Positions 31,601 to 46,600 of a DNA stretch of 64,000 bases are shown here, piece by piece. Position 1 is the stretch's first letter, and each line of letters begins with the position of its first letter. Below the pieces are notes generated by a model that saw nothing but the letters and a program-made list of their open reading frames with translations, was not told where the DNA came from and made no database searches. This DNA comes from Auanema rhodensis (Eukaryota; Animalia; Nematoda), in the NCBI GenBank assembly GCA_964057225.1, contig OZ059900.1, positions 10,850,001 through 10,914,000 of the forward strand, read 5' to 3'. The position numbers were made by a program, and so were the translations under genes.

Positions 31601-34600
31601 GAAACCCCAATGGATTAGCAGTCCATCGCCTTAACCACTCGGCCACCTGATCACAGGGTTTTTCCAAGAATACTCTTACTTAAACAAAGAAATTATTATG
31701 ACAACAAATATCGTCAACAAACAAATAAGAAAGTCTTCCTGTTAAATCAGGTGGCTTAGCTTCATTTAGAAAATGATAGTTTGAATGGAGCATCCGTTGT
31801 CATAAAAAACAAAACTAACGATCAGGATGAGATTCGAACTGACGCGGGGAAACCCCAATGGATTAGCAGTCCATCGCCTTAACCACTCGGCCACCTGATC
31901 ACAGGGTTTTTCCAAGAATACTCTTAATTAAACAAAGAAATTATTGTGAGAATAAATAACGTCAACAAATGAATAATATAGTCTTCCTATTAAATCAGGT
32001 GGCTTGGCTTTATTTAGAAAATGATAGTTTGAATGGAGCATCCGTTGTCATAAAAAACAAAACTAACGATCAGGATGAGATTCGAACTCACGCGGGGAAA
32101 CCCCAATGGATTAGCAGTCCATCGCCTTAACCACTCGGCCACCTGATCACAGGGTTTTTCCAAGAATACTCTTACTTAAACAAAGAAATTATTGTGAGAA
32201 TAAATAACGTCAACAAATGAATAATATAGTCTTCCTATTAATTCAGGTGGCTTGGCTTTATTTAGAAAATGATAGTTTGAATGGAGCATCCGTTGTCATA
32301 AAAAACAAAACTAACGATCAGGATGAGATTCGAACTCACGCGGGGAAACCCCAATGGATTAGCAGTCCATCGCCTTAACCACTCGGCCTCCTGATCACAG
32401 GGTTTTTCCAAGAATACTCTTACTTAAACAAAGAAATTATTGTGAGAATAAATAACGTCAACAAATGAATAATATAGTCTTCCTATTAAATCAGGTGGCT
32501 TGGCTTTATTTAGAAAATGATAGTTTGAATGGAGCATCCGTTGTCATAAAAAACAAAACTAACGATCAGGATGAGATTCGAACTCACGCGGGGAAACCCC
32601 AATGGATTAGCAGTCCATTGCCTTAACCACTCCGCCTCCTGATCAAAGGGTTTTTCCAAGAATACTCTTACTTAAACAAAGAAATTATTGTGACAACAAA
32701 TATCGTCAACAAACAAATAAGAAAGTCTTCCTGTTAAATCAGGTGGCTTGGCTTAATTTAGAAAATGATAGTTTGAATGGAGCATCCGTTGTCATAAAAA
32801 ACAAAACTAACGATCAGGATGAGATTCGAACTCACGCGGGGAAACCCCAATGGATTAGCAGTCCATCGCCTTAACCACTCGGCCACCTGATCACAGGGTT
32901 TTTCCAAGAATACTCTTAATTAAACAAAGAAATTATTGTGACAACAAATATCGTCAGCAAACAAATAAGAAAGTCTTCCTATTAAATCAGGTGGCTTGGC
33001 TTTATTTAGAAAATGATAGTTTGAATGGAGCATCCGTTGTCATAAAAAACAAAACTAACGATCAGGATGAGATTCGAACTCACGCGGGGAAACCCCAATG
33101 GATTAGCAGTCCATCGCCTTAACCACTCGGCCACCTGATCACAGGGTTTTTCCAAGAATACTCTTACTTAAACAAAGAAATTATTGTGACAACAAATATC
33201 GTCAACAAACAAATAAGAAAGTCTTCCTGTTAAATCAGGTGGCTTGGCTTCATTTAGAAAATGATAGTTTGAATGGAGCATCCGTTGTCATAAAAAACAA
33301 AACTAACGATCAGGATGAGATTCGAACTCACGCGGGGAAACCCCAATGGATTAGCAGTCCATCGCCTTAACCACTCGGCCACCTGATCACAGGGTTTTTC
33401 CAAGAATACTCTTACATAAACAAAGAAATTATTGTGAGAATAAATAACGTCAACAAATGAATAATATAGTCTTCCTATTAAATCAGGTGGCTTGGCTTTA
33501 TTTAGAAAATGATAGTTTGAATGGAGCATCCGTTGTCATAAAAAACAAAACTAACGATCAGGATGAGATTCGAACTCACGCGGGGAAACCCCAATGGATT
33601 AGCAGTCCATCGTCTTAACCACTCGGCCACCTGATAACAGGGTTTTTCCAAGAATACTCTTACTTAAACAAAGAAATTATTGTGGCAACAAATATCGTCA
33701 ACAAACAAATAAGAAAGTCTTCCTGTTAAATCAGGTGGCTTGGCTTCATTTAGAAAATGATAGTTTGAATGGAGCATCCGTTGTCATAAAAAACAAAACT
33801 AACGATCAGGATGAGATTCGAACTCACGCGGGGAAACCCCAATGGATTAGCAGTCCATCGCCTTAACCACTCGGCCACCTGATCACAGGGTTTTTCCAAG
33901 AATACTCTTACATAAACAAAGAAATTATTGTGACAACAAATATCGTCAACAAACAAATAAGAAAGTCTTCCTGTTAAATCAGGTGGCTTGGCTTTATTTA
34001 GAAAATGATAGTTTGAATGGAGCATCCGTTGTCATAAAAAACAAAACTAACGATCAGGATGAGATTCGAACTCACGCGGGGAAACCCCAATGGATTAGCA
34101 GTCCATCGCCTTAACCACTCGGCCACCTGATCACAGGGTTTTTCCAAGAATACTCTTACTTAAACAAAGAAATTATTGTGAGAATAAATAACGTCAACAA
34201 ATGAATAATATAGTCTTCCTATTAAATCAGGTGGCTTGGCTTTATTTAGAAAATGATAGTTTGAATGGAGCATCCGTTGTCATAAAAAACAAAACTAACG
34301 ATCAGGATGAGATTCGAACTCACGCGGGGAAACCCCAATGGATTAGCAGTCCATCGCCTTAACCACTCGGCCACCTGATCACAGGGTTTTTCCAAGAATA
34401 CTCTTACATAAACAAAGAAATTATTGTGAGAATAAATAACGTCAACAAATGAATAATATAGTCTTCCTATTAAATCAGGTGGCTTGGCTTTATTTAGAAA
34501 ATGATAGTTTGAATGGAGCATCCGTTGTCATAAAAAACAAAACTAACGATCAGGATGAGATTCGAACTCACGCGGGGAAACCCCAATGGATTAGCAGTCC

Positions 34601-37600
34601 ATCGTCTTAACCACTCGGCCACCTGATAACAGGGTTTTTCCAAGAATACTCTTACTTAAACAAAGAAATTATTGTGGCAACAAATATCGTCAACAAACAA
34701 ATAAGAAAGTCTTCCTGTTAAATCAGGTGGCTTGGCTTCATTTAGAAAATGATAGTTTGAATGGAGCATCCGTTGTCATAAAAAACAAAACTAACGATCA
34801 GGATGAGATTCGAACTCACGCGGGGAAACCCCAATGGATTAGCAGTCCATCGCCTTAACCACTCGGCCACCTGATCACAGGGTTTTTCCAAGAATACTCT
34901 TACATAAACAAAGAAATTATTGTGACAACAAATATCGTCAACAAACAAATAAGAAAGTCTTCCTGTTAAATCAGGTGGCTTGGCTTTATTTAGAAAATGA
35001 TAGTTTGAATGGAGCATCCGTTGTCATAAAAAACAAAACTAACGATCAGGATGAGATTCGAACTCACGCGGGGAAACCCCAATGGATTAGCAGTCCATCG
35101 CCTTAACCACTCGGCCACCTGATCACAGGGTTTTTCCAAGAATACTCTTACTTAAACAAAGAAATTATTGTGAGAATAAATAACGTCAACAAATGAATAA
35201 TATAGTCTTCCTATTAAATCAGGTGGCTTGGCTTTATTTAGAAAATGATAGTTTGAATGGAGCATCCGTTGTCATAAAAAACAAAACTAACGATCAGGAT
35301 GAGATTCGAACTCACGCGGGGAAACCCCAATGGATTAGCAGTCCATCGCCTTAACCACTCGGCCACCTGATCACAGGGTTTTTCCAAGAATACTCTTACA
35401 TAAACAAAGAAATTATTGTGAGAATAAATAACGTCAACGAATGAATAATATAGTCTTCCTATTAAGTCAGGTGGCTTGGCTTTATTTAGAAAATGATAGT
35501 TTGAATGGAGCATCCGTTGTCATAAAAAACAAAACTAACGATCAGGATGAGATTCGAACTCACGCGGGGAAACCCCAATGGATTAGCAGTCCATCGCCTT
35601 AACCACTCGGCCACCTGATCACAGGGTTTTTCCAAGAATACTCTTACATAAACAAAGAAATTATTGTGAGAATAAATAACGTCAACAAATGAATAATATA
35701 GTCTTCCTATTAAATCAGGTGGCTTGGCTTTATTTAGAAAATGATAGTTTGAATGGAGCATCCGTTGTCATAAGAAACAAAACTAACGATCAGGATGAGA
35801 TTCGAACTCACGCGGGGAAACCCCAATGGATTAGCAGTCCATCGCCTTAACCACTCGGCCACCTGATCACAGGGTTTTTCCAAGAATACTCTTACTTAAA
35901 CAAAGAAATTATTATGACAACAAATATCGTCAACAAACAAATAAGAAAGTCTTCCTGTTAAATCAGGTGGCTTAGCTTCATTTAGAAAATGATAGTTTGA
36001 ATGGAGCATCCGTTGTCATAAAAAACAAAACTAACGATCAGGATGAGATTCGAACTCACGCGGGGAAACCCCAATGGATTAGCAGTCCATCGCCTTAACC
36101 ACTCGGCCACCTGATCACAGGGTTTTTCCAAGAATACTCTTACTTAAACAAAGAAATTATTGTGAGAATAAATAACGTCAACAAATGAATAATATAGTCT
36201 TCCTATTAATTCAGGTGGCTTGGCTTTATTTAGAAAATGATAGTTTGAATGGAGCATCCGTTGTCATAAAAAACAAAACTAACGATCAGGATGAGATTCG
36301 AACTGACGCGGGGAAACCCCAATGGATTAGCAGTCCATCGCCTTAACCACTCGGCCACCTGATCACAGGGTTTTTCCAAGAATACTCTTAATTAAACAAA
36401 GAAATTATTGTGAGAATAAATAACGTCAACAAATGAATAATATAGTCTTCCTATTAAATCAGGTGGCTTGGCTTTATTTAGAAAATGATAGTTTGAATGG
36501 AGCATCCGTTGTCATAAAAAACAAAACTAACGATCAGGATGAGATTCGAACTCACGCGGGGAAACCCCAATGGATTAGCAGTCCATCGCCTTAACCACTC
36601 GGCCACCTGATCACAGGGTTTTTCCAAGAATACTCTTACTTAAACAAAGAAATTATTGTGAGAATAAATAACGTCAACAAATGAATAATATAGTCTTCCT
36701 ATTAATTCAGGTGGCTTGGCTTTATTTAGAAAATGATAGTTTGAATGGAGCATCCGTTGTCATAAAAAACAAAACTAACGATCAGGATGAGATTCGAACT
36801 CACGCGGGGAAACCCCAATGGATTAGCAGTCCATCGCCTTAACCACTCGGCCACCTGATCACAGGGTTTTTCCAAGAATACTCTTACATAAACAAAGAAA
36901 TTATTGTGAGAATAAATAACGTCAACAAATGAATAATATAGTCTTCCTATTAAGTCAGGTGGCTTGGCTTTATTTAGAAAATGATAGTTTGAATGGAGCA
37001 TCCGTTGTCATAAAAAACAAAACTAACGATCAGGATGAGATTCGAACTCACGCGGGGAAACCCCAATGGATTAGCAGTCCATCGCCTTAACCACTCGGCC
37101 ACCTGATCACAGGGTTTTTCCAAGAATACTCTTACATAAACAAAGAAATTATTGTGAGAATAAATAACGTCAACAAATGAATAATATAGTCTTCCTATTA
37201 AATCAGGTGGCTTGGCTTTATTTAGAAAATGATAGTTTGAATGGAGCATCCGTTGTCATAAGAAACAAAACTAACGATCAGGATGAGATTCGAACTCACG
37301 CGGGGAAACCCCAATGGATTAGCAGTCCATCGCCTTAACCAATCGGCCACCTGATCACAGGGTTTTTCCAAGAATACTCTTACTTAAACAAAGAAATTAT
37401 TATGACAACAAATATCGTCAACAAACAAATAAGAAAGTCTTCCTGTTAAATCAGGTGGCTTAGCTTCATTTAGAAAATGATAGTTTGAATGGAGCATCCG
37501 TTGTCATAAAAAACAAAACTAACGATCAGGATGAGATTCGAACTCACGCGGGGAAACCCCAATGGATTAGCAGTCCATCGCCTTAACCACTCGGCCACCT

Positions 37601-40600
37601 GATCACAGGGTTTTTCCAAGAATACTCTTACTTAAACAAAGAAATTATTATGACAACAAATATCGTCAACAAACAAATAAGAAAGTCTTCCTGTTAAATC
37701 AGGTGGCTTGGCTTTATTTAGAAAATGATAGTTTGAATGGAGCATCCGTTGTCATAAAAAACAAAACTAACGATCAGGATGAGATTCGAACTCACGCGGG
37801 GAAACCCCAATGGATTAGCAGTCCATCGCCTTAACCACTCGGCCACCTGATCACAGGGTTTTTCCAAGAATACTCTTACTTAAACAAAGAAATTATTGTG
37901 AGAATAAATAACGTCAACAAATGAATAATATAGTCTTCCTATTAATTCAGGTGGCTTGGCTTTATTTAGAAAATGATAGTTTGAATGGAGCATCCGTTGT
38001 CATAAAAAACAAAACTAACGATCAGGATGAGATTCGAACTCACGCGGGGAAACCCCAATGGATTAGCAGTCCATCGCCTTAACCACTCGGCCACCTGATC
38101 ACAGGGTTTTTCCAAGAATACTCTTACTTAAACAAAGAAATTATTGTGAGAATAAATAACGTCAACAAATGAATAATATAGTCTTCCTATTAAATCAGGT
38201 GGCTTGGCTTTATTTAGAAAATGATAGTTTGAATGGAGCATCCGTTGTCATAAAAAACAAAACTAACGATCAGGATGAGATTCGAACTCACGCGGGGAAA
38301 CCCCAATGGATTAGCAGTCCATCGCCTTAACCACTCGGCCACCTGATCACAGGGTTTTTCCAAGAATACTCTTACTTAAACAAAGAAATTATTGTGAGAA
38401 TAAATAACGTCAACAAATGAATAATATAGTCTTCCTATTAATTCAGGTGGCTTGGCTTTATTTAGAAAATGATAGTTTGAATGGAGCATCCGTTGTCATA
38501 AAAAACAAAACTAACGATCAGGATGAGATTCGAACTCACGCGGGGAAACCCCAATGGATTAGCAGTCCATCGCCTTAACCACTCGGCCTCCTGATCACAG
38601 GGTTTTTCCAAGAATACTCTTACTTAAACAAAGAAATTATTGTGAGAATAAATAACGTCAACAAATGAATAATATAGTCTTCCTATTAAATCAGGTGGCT
38701 TGGCTTTATTTAGAAAATGATAGTTTGAATGGAGCATCCGTTGTCATAAAAAACAAAACTAACGATCAGGATGAGATTCGAACTCACGCGGGGAAACCCC
38801 AATGGATTAGCAGTCCATTGCCTTAACCACTCCGCCTCCTGATCAAAGGGTTTTTCCAAGAATACTCTTACTTAAACAAAGAAATTATTGTGACAACAAA
38901 TATCGTCAACAAACAAATAAGAAAGTCTTCCTATTAAATCAGGTGGCTTGGCTTTATTTAGAAAATGATAGTTTGAATGGAGCATCCGTTGTCATAAAAA
39001 ACAAAACTAACGATCAGGATGAGATTCGAACTCACGCGGGGAAACCCCAATGGATTAGCAGTCCATCGCCTTAACCACTCGGCCACCTGATCACAGGGTT
39101 TTTCCAAGAATACTCTTACATAAACAAAGAAATTATTGTGAGAATAAATAACGTCAACAAATGAATAATATAGTCTTCCTATTAAATCAGGTGGCTTGGC
39201 TTTATTTAGAAAATGATAGTTTGAATGGAGCATCCGTTGTCATAAAAAACAAAACTAACGATCAGGATGAGATTCGAACTCACGCGGGGAAACCCCAATG
39301 GATTAGCAGTCCATCGTCTTAACCACTCGGCCACCTGATAACAGGGTTTTTCCAAGAATACTCTTACTTAAACAAAGAAATTATTGTGGCAACAAATATC
39401 GTCAACAAACAAATAAGAAAGTCTTCCTGTTAAATCAGGTGGCTTGGCTTCATTTAGAAAATGATAGTTTGAATGGAGCATCCGTTGTCATAAAAAACAA
39501 AACTAACGATCAGGATGAGATTCGAACTCACGCGGGGAAACCCCAATGGATTAGCAGTCCATCGCCTTAACCACTCGGCCACCTGATCACAGGGTTTTTC
39601 CAAGAATACTCTTACATAAACAAAGAAATTATTGTGACAACAAATATCGTCAACAAACAAATAAGAAAGTCTTCCTGTTAAATCAGGTGGCTTGGCTTTA
39701 TTTAGAAAATGATAGTTTGAATGGAGCATCCGTTGTCATAAAAAACAAAACTAACGATCAGGATGAGATTCGAACTCACGCGGGGAAACCCCAATGGATT
39801 AGCAGTCCATCGCCTTAACCACTCGGCCACCTGATCACAGGGTTTTTCCAAGAATACTCTTACTTAAACAAAGAAATTATTGTGAGAATAAATAACGTCA
39901 ACAAATGAATAATATAGTCTTCCCATTAAATCAGGTGGCTTGGCTTTATTTAGAAAATGATAGTTTGAATGGAGCATCCGTTGTCATAAAAAACAAAACT
40001 AACGATCAGGATGAGATTCGAACTCACGCGGGGAAACCCCAATGGATTAGCAGTCCATCGCCATAACCACTCGGCCACCTGATCACAGGGTTTTTCCAAG
40101 AATACTCTTACTTAAACAAAGAAATTATTATGAGAATAAATAACGTCAACAAATGAATAATATAGTCTTCCCATTAAATCAGGTGGCTTGGCTTTATTTA
40201 GAAAATGATAGTTTGAATGGAGCATCCGTTGTCATAAAAAACAAAACTAACGATCAGGATGAGATTCGAACTCACGCGGGGAAACCCCAATGGATTAGCA
40301 GTCCATCGCCTTAACCACTCGGCCACCTGATCACAGGGTTTTTCCAAGAATACTCTTACTTAAACAAAGAAATTATTGTGAGAATAAATAACGTCAACAA
40401 ATGAATAATATAGTCTTCCTATTAAATCAGGTGGCTTGGCTTTATTTAGAAAATGATAGTTTGAATGGAGCATCCGTTGTCATAAAAAACAAAACTAACG
40501 ATCAGGATGAGATTCGAACTCACGCGGGGAAACCCCAATGGATTAGCAGTCCATCGCCTTAACCACTCGGCCACCTGATCACAGGGTTTTTCGAAGAATA

Positions 40601-43600
40601 CTCTTACTTAAACAAAGAAATTATTGTGAGAATAAATAACGTCAACAAATGAATAATATAGTCTTCCTATTAAATCAGGTGGCTTGGCTTTATTCAGAAA
40701 ATGATAGTTTGAATGGAGCATCCGTTGTCATAAAAAACAAAACTAACGATCAGGATGAGATTCGAACTCACGCGGGGAAACCCCAATGGATTAGCAGTCC
40801 ATCGCCTTAACCACTCGGCCACCTGATCACAGGGTTTTTCCAAGAATACTCTTACATAAACAAAGAAATTATTGTGAGAATAAATAACGTCAACAAATGA
40901 ATAATATAGTCTTCCTATTAAATCAGGTGGCTTGGCTTTATTTAGAAAATGATAGTTTGAATGGAGCATCCGTTGTCATAAAAAACAAAACTAACGATCA
41001 GGATGAGATTCGAACTCACGCGGGGAAACCCCAATGGATTAGCAGTCCATCGCCTTAACCACTCGGCCACCTGATCACAGGGTTTTTCCAAGAATAATCT
41101 TACATAAACAAAGAAATTATTGTGAGAATAAATAACGTCAACAAATGAATAATATAGTCTTCCTATTAAATCAGGTGGCTTGGCTTTATTTAGAAAATGA
41201 TAGTTTGAATGGAGCATCCGTTGTCATAAAAAACAAAACTAACGATCAGGATGAGATTCGAACTCACGCGGGGAAACCCCAATGGATTAGCAGTCCATCG
41301 CCTTAACCACTCGGCCACCTGATCACAGTGTTTTTCCAAGAATACTCTTACTTAAACAAAGAAATTATTGTGAGAATAAATAACGTCAACAAATGAATAA
41401 TATAGTCTTCCTATTAAATCAGGTGGCTTGGCTTTATTCAGAAAATGATAGTTTGAATGGAGCATCCGTTGTCATAAAAAACAAAACTAACGATCAGGAT
41501 GAGATTCGAAATCACGCGGGGAAACCCCAATGGATTAGCAGTCCATCGCCTTAACCACTCGGCCACCTGATCACAGGGTTTTTCCAAGAATAATCTTACA
41601 TAAACAAAGAAATTATTGTGAGAATAAATAACGTCAACAAATGAATAATATAGTCTTCCTATTAAATCAGGTGGCTTGGCTTTATTTAGAAAATGATAGT
41701 TTGAATGGAGCATCCGTTGTCATAAAAAACAAAACTAACGATCAGGATGAGATTCGAACTCACGCGGGGAAACCCCAATGGATTAGCAGTCCATCGCCTT
41801 AACCACTCGGCCACCTGATCACAGGGTTTTTCCAAGAATAATCTTACATAAACAAAGAAATTATTGTGAGAATAAATAACGTCAACAAATGAATAATATA
41901 GTCTTCCTATTAAATCAGGTGGCTTGGCTTTATTTAGAAAATGATAGTTTGAATGGAGCATCCGTTGTCATAAAAAACAAAACTAACGATCAGGATGAGA
42001 TTCGAACTCACGCGGGGAAACCCCAATGGATTAGCAGTCCATCGCCTTAACCACTCGGCCACCTGATCACAGGGTTTTTCCAAGAATACTCTTACTTAAA
42101 CAAAGAAATTATTGTGAGAATAAATAACGTCAACAAATGAATAATATAGTCTTCCTATTGAATCAGGTGGCTTGGCTTTATTTAGAAAATGATAGTTTGA
42201 ATGGAGCATCCGTTGTCATAAAAAACAAAACTAACGATCAGGATGAGATTCGAATTCACGCGGGGAAACCCCAATGGATTAGCAGTCCATCGCCTTAACC
42301 ACTCGGCCACCTGATCACAGGGTTTTTCCAAGAATACTCTTACATAAACAAAGAAATTATTGTGAGAATAAATAACGTCAACAAATGAATAATATAGTCT
42401 TCCTATTGAATCAGGTGGCTTGGCTTTATTTAGAAAATGATAGTTTGAATGGAGCATCCGTTGTCATAAAAAACAAAACTAACGATCAGGATGAGATTCG
42501 AACTCACGCGGGGAAACCCCAATGGATTAGCAGTCCATCGCCTTAACCACTCGGCCACCTGACCACAGGGTTTTTCCAAGAATACTCTTACTTAAACAAA
42601 GAAATTATTGTGAGAATAAATAACGTCAACAAATGAATAATATAGTCTTCCTATTAAATCAGGTGGCTTGGCTTTATTCAGAAAATGATAGTTTGAATGG
42701 AGCATCCGTTGTCATAAAAAACAAAACTAACGATCAGAATGAGATTCGAACTCACGCGGGGAAACCCCAATGGATTAGCAGTCCATCGCCTTAACCACTC
42801 GGCCACCTGATCACAGGGTTTTTCCAAGAATACTCTTACATAAACAAAGAAATTATTGTGAGAATAAATAACGTCAACAAATGAATAATATAGTCTTCCT
42901 ATTAAATCAGGTGGCTTGGCTTTATTTAGAAAATGATAGTTTGAATGGAGCATCCGTTGTCATAAAAAACAAAACTAACGATCAGGATGAGATTCGAACT
43001 CACGCGGGGAAACCCCAATGGATTAGCAGTCCTTCGCCTTAACCACTCGGCCACCTGATCACAGGGTTTTTCCAAGAATACTCTTACATAAACAAAGAAA
43101 TTATTGTGAGAATGAATAACGTCAACAAATGAAGAATATAGTCTTCCTATTAAATCAGGTGGCTTGGCTTTATTTAGAAAATGATAGTTTGAATGGAGCA
43201 TCCGTTGTCATAAAAAACAAAACTAACGATCAGGATGAGATTCGAACTCACGCGGGGAAACCCCAATGGATTAGCAGTCCATCGCCTTAACCACTCGGCC
43301 ACCTGATCACAGGGTTTTTCCAAGAATACTCTTACTTAAACAAAAAATTATTGTGAGAATAAATAACGTCAACAAATGAATAATATAGTCTTCCTATTAA
43401 ATCAGGTGGATTGGCTTTATTCAGAAAATGATAGTTTGAATGGAGCATCCGTTGTCATAAAAAACAAAACTAACGATCAGGATGAGATTCGAACTCACGC
43501 GGGGAAACCCCAATGGATTAGCAGTCCATCGCCTTAACCACTCGGCCACCTGATCACAGGGTTTTTCCAAGAATACTCTTACTTAAACAAAGAAATTATT

Positions 43601-46600
43601 GTGAGAATAAATAACGTCAACAAATGAATAATATAGTCTTCCTATTAAATCAGGTGGCTTGGCTTTATTCAGAAAATGATAGTTTGAATGGAGCATCCAT
43701 TGTCATAAAAAACAAAACTAACGATCAGGATGAGATTCGAACTCACGCGGGGAAACCCCAATGGATTAGCAGTCCATCGCCTTAACCACTCGGCCACCTG
43801 ATCACAGGGTTTTTCCAAGAATACTCTTACATAAACAAAGAAATTATTGTGAGAATAAATAACGTCAACAAATGAATAATATAGTCTTCCTATTAAATCA
43901 GGTGGCTTGGCTTTATTTAGAAAATGATAGTTTGAATGGAGCATCCGTTGTCATAAAAAACAAAACTAACGATCAGGATGAGATTCGAACTCACGCGGGG
44001 AAACCCCAATGGATTAGCAGTCCATCGTCTTAACCACTCGGCCACCTGATAACAGGGTTTTTCCAAGAATACTCTTACTTAAACAAAGAAATTATTGTGA
44101 CAACAAATATCGTCAACAAACAAATAAGAAAGTCTTCCTGTTAAATCAGGTGGCTTGGCTTCATTTAGAAAATGATAGTTTGAATGGAGCATCCGTTGTC
44201 ATAAAAAACAAAACTAACGATCAGGATGAGATTCGAACTCACGCGGGGAAACCCCAATGGATTAGCAGTCCATCGCCTTAACCACTCGGCCACCTGATCA
44301 CAGGGTTTTTCCAAGAATACTCTTACATAAACAAAGAAATTATTGTGAGAATAAATAACGTCAACAAATGAATAATATAGTCTTCCTATTAAATCAGGTG
44401 GCTTGGCTTTATTTAGAAAATGATAGTTTGAATGGAGCATCCGTTGTCATAAAAAACAAAACTAACGATCAGGATGAGATTCGAACTCACGCGGGGAAAC
44501 CCCAATGGATTAGCAGTCCATCGCCTTAACCACTCGGCCACCTGATCACAGGGTTTTTCCAAGAATACTCTTACATAAACAAAGAAATTATTGTGAGAAT
44601 AAATAACGTCAACAAATGAATAATATAGTCTTCCTATTAAATCAGGTGGCTTGGCTTTATTTAGAAAATGATAGTTTGAATGGAGCATCCGTTGTCATAA
44701 AAAACAAAACTAACGATCAGGATGAGATTCGAACTCACGCGGGGAAACCCCAATGGATTAGCAGTCCATCGTCTTAACCACTCGGCCACCTGATAACAGG
44801 GTTTTTCCAAGAATACTCTTACTTAAACAAAGAAATTATTGTGACAACAAATATCGTCAACAAACAAATAAGAAAGTCTTCCTGTTAAATCAGGTGGCTT
44901 GGCTTCATTTAGAAAATGATAGTTTGAATGGAGCATCCGTTGTCATAAAAAACAAAACTAACGATCAGGATGAGATTCGAACTCACGCGGGGAAACCCCA
45001 ATGGATTAGCAGTCCATCGCCTTAACCACTCGGCCACCTGATCACAGGGTTTTTCCAAGAATACTCTTACATAAACAAAGAAATTATTGTGACAACAAAT
45101 ATCGTCAACAAACAAATAAGAAAGTCTTCCTGTTAAATCAGGTGGCTTGGCTTTATTTAGAAAATGATAGTTTGAATGGAGCATCCGTTGTCATAAAAAA
45201 CAAAACTAACGATCAGGATGAGATTCGAACTCACGCGGGGAAACCCCAATGGATTAGCAGTCCATCGCCTTAACCACTCGGCCACCTGATCACAGGGTTT
45301 TTCCAAGAATACTCTTACTTAAACAAAGAAATTATTGTGAGAATAAATAACGTCAACAAATGAATAATATAGTCTTCCTATTAAATCAGGTGGCTTGGCT
45401 TTATTTAGAAAATGATAGTTTGAATGGAGCATCCGTTGTCATAAAAAACAAAACTAACGATCAGGATGAGATTCGAACTCACGCGGGGAAACCCCAATGG
45501 ATTAGCAGTCCATCGCCTTAACCACTCGGCCACCTGATCACAGGGTTTTTCCAAGAATACTCTTACATAAACAAAGAAATTATTGTGAGAATAAATAACG
45601 TCAACAAATGAATAATATAGTCTTCCTATTAAATCAGGTGGCTTGGCTTTATTCAGAAAATGATAGTTTGAATGGAGCATCCGTTGTCATAAAAAACAAA
45701 ACTAACGATCAGGATGAGATTCGAACTCACGCGGGGAAACCCCAATGGATTAGCAGTCCATCGCCTTAACCACTCGGCCACCTGATCACAGGGTTTTTCA
45801 AAGAATACTCTTACTTAAACAAAGAAATTATTGTGAGAATAAATAACGTCAACAAATGAATAATATAGTCTTCCTATTAAATCAGGTGGCTTGGCTTTAT
45901 TCAGAAAATGATAGTTTGAATGGAGCATCCGTTGTCATAAAAAACAAAACTAACGATCAGGATGAGATTCGAACTCACGCGGGGAAACCCCAATGGATTA
46001 GCAGTCCATCGCCTTAACCACTCGGCCACCTGATCACAGGATTTTTCCAAGAATACTCTTACATAAACAAAGAAATTATTGTGAGAATAAATAACGTCAA
46101 CAAATGAATAATATAGTCTTCCTATTAAATCAGGTGGCTTGGCTTTATTTAGAAAATGATAGTTTGAATGGAGCATCCGTTGTCATAAAAAACAAAACTA
46201 ACGATCAGGATGAGATTCGAACTCACGCGGGGAAACCCCAATGGATTAGCAGTCCATCGCCTTAACCACTCGGCCACCTGATCACAGGGTTTTTCCAAGA
46301 ATACTCTTACTTAAACAAAGAAATTATTGTGAGAATAAATAACGTCAACAAATGAATAATATAGTCTTCCTATTAAATCAGGTGGCTTGGCTTTATTCAG
46401 AAAATGATAGTTTGAATGGAGCATCCGTTGTCATAAAAAACAAAACTAACGATCAGGATGAGATTCGAACTCACGCGGGGAAACCCCAATGGATTAGCAG
46501 TCCATCGCCTTAACCACTCGGCCACCTGATCACAGGGTTTTTCCAAGAATACTCTTACATAAACAAAGAAATTATTGTGAGAATAAATAACGTCAACAAA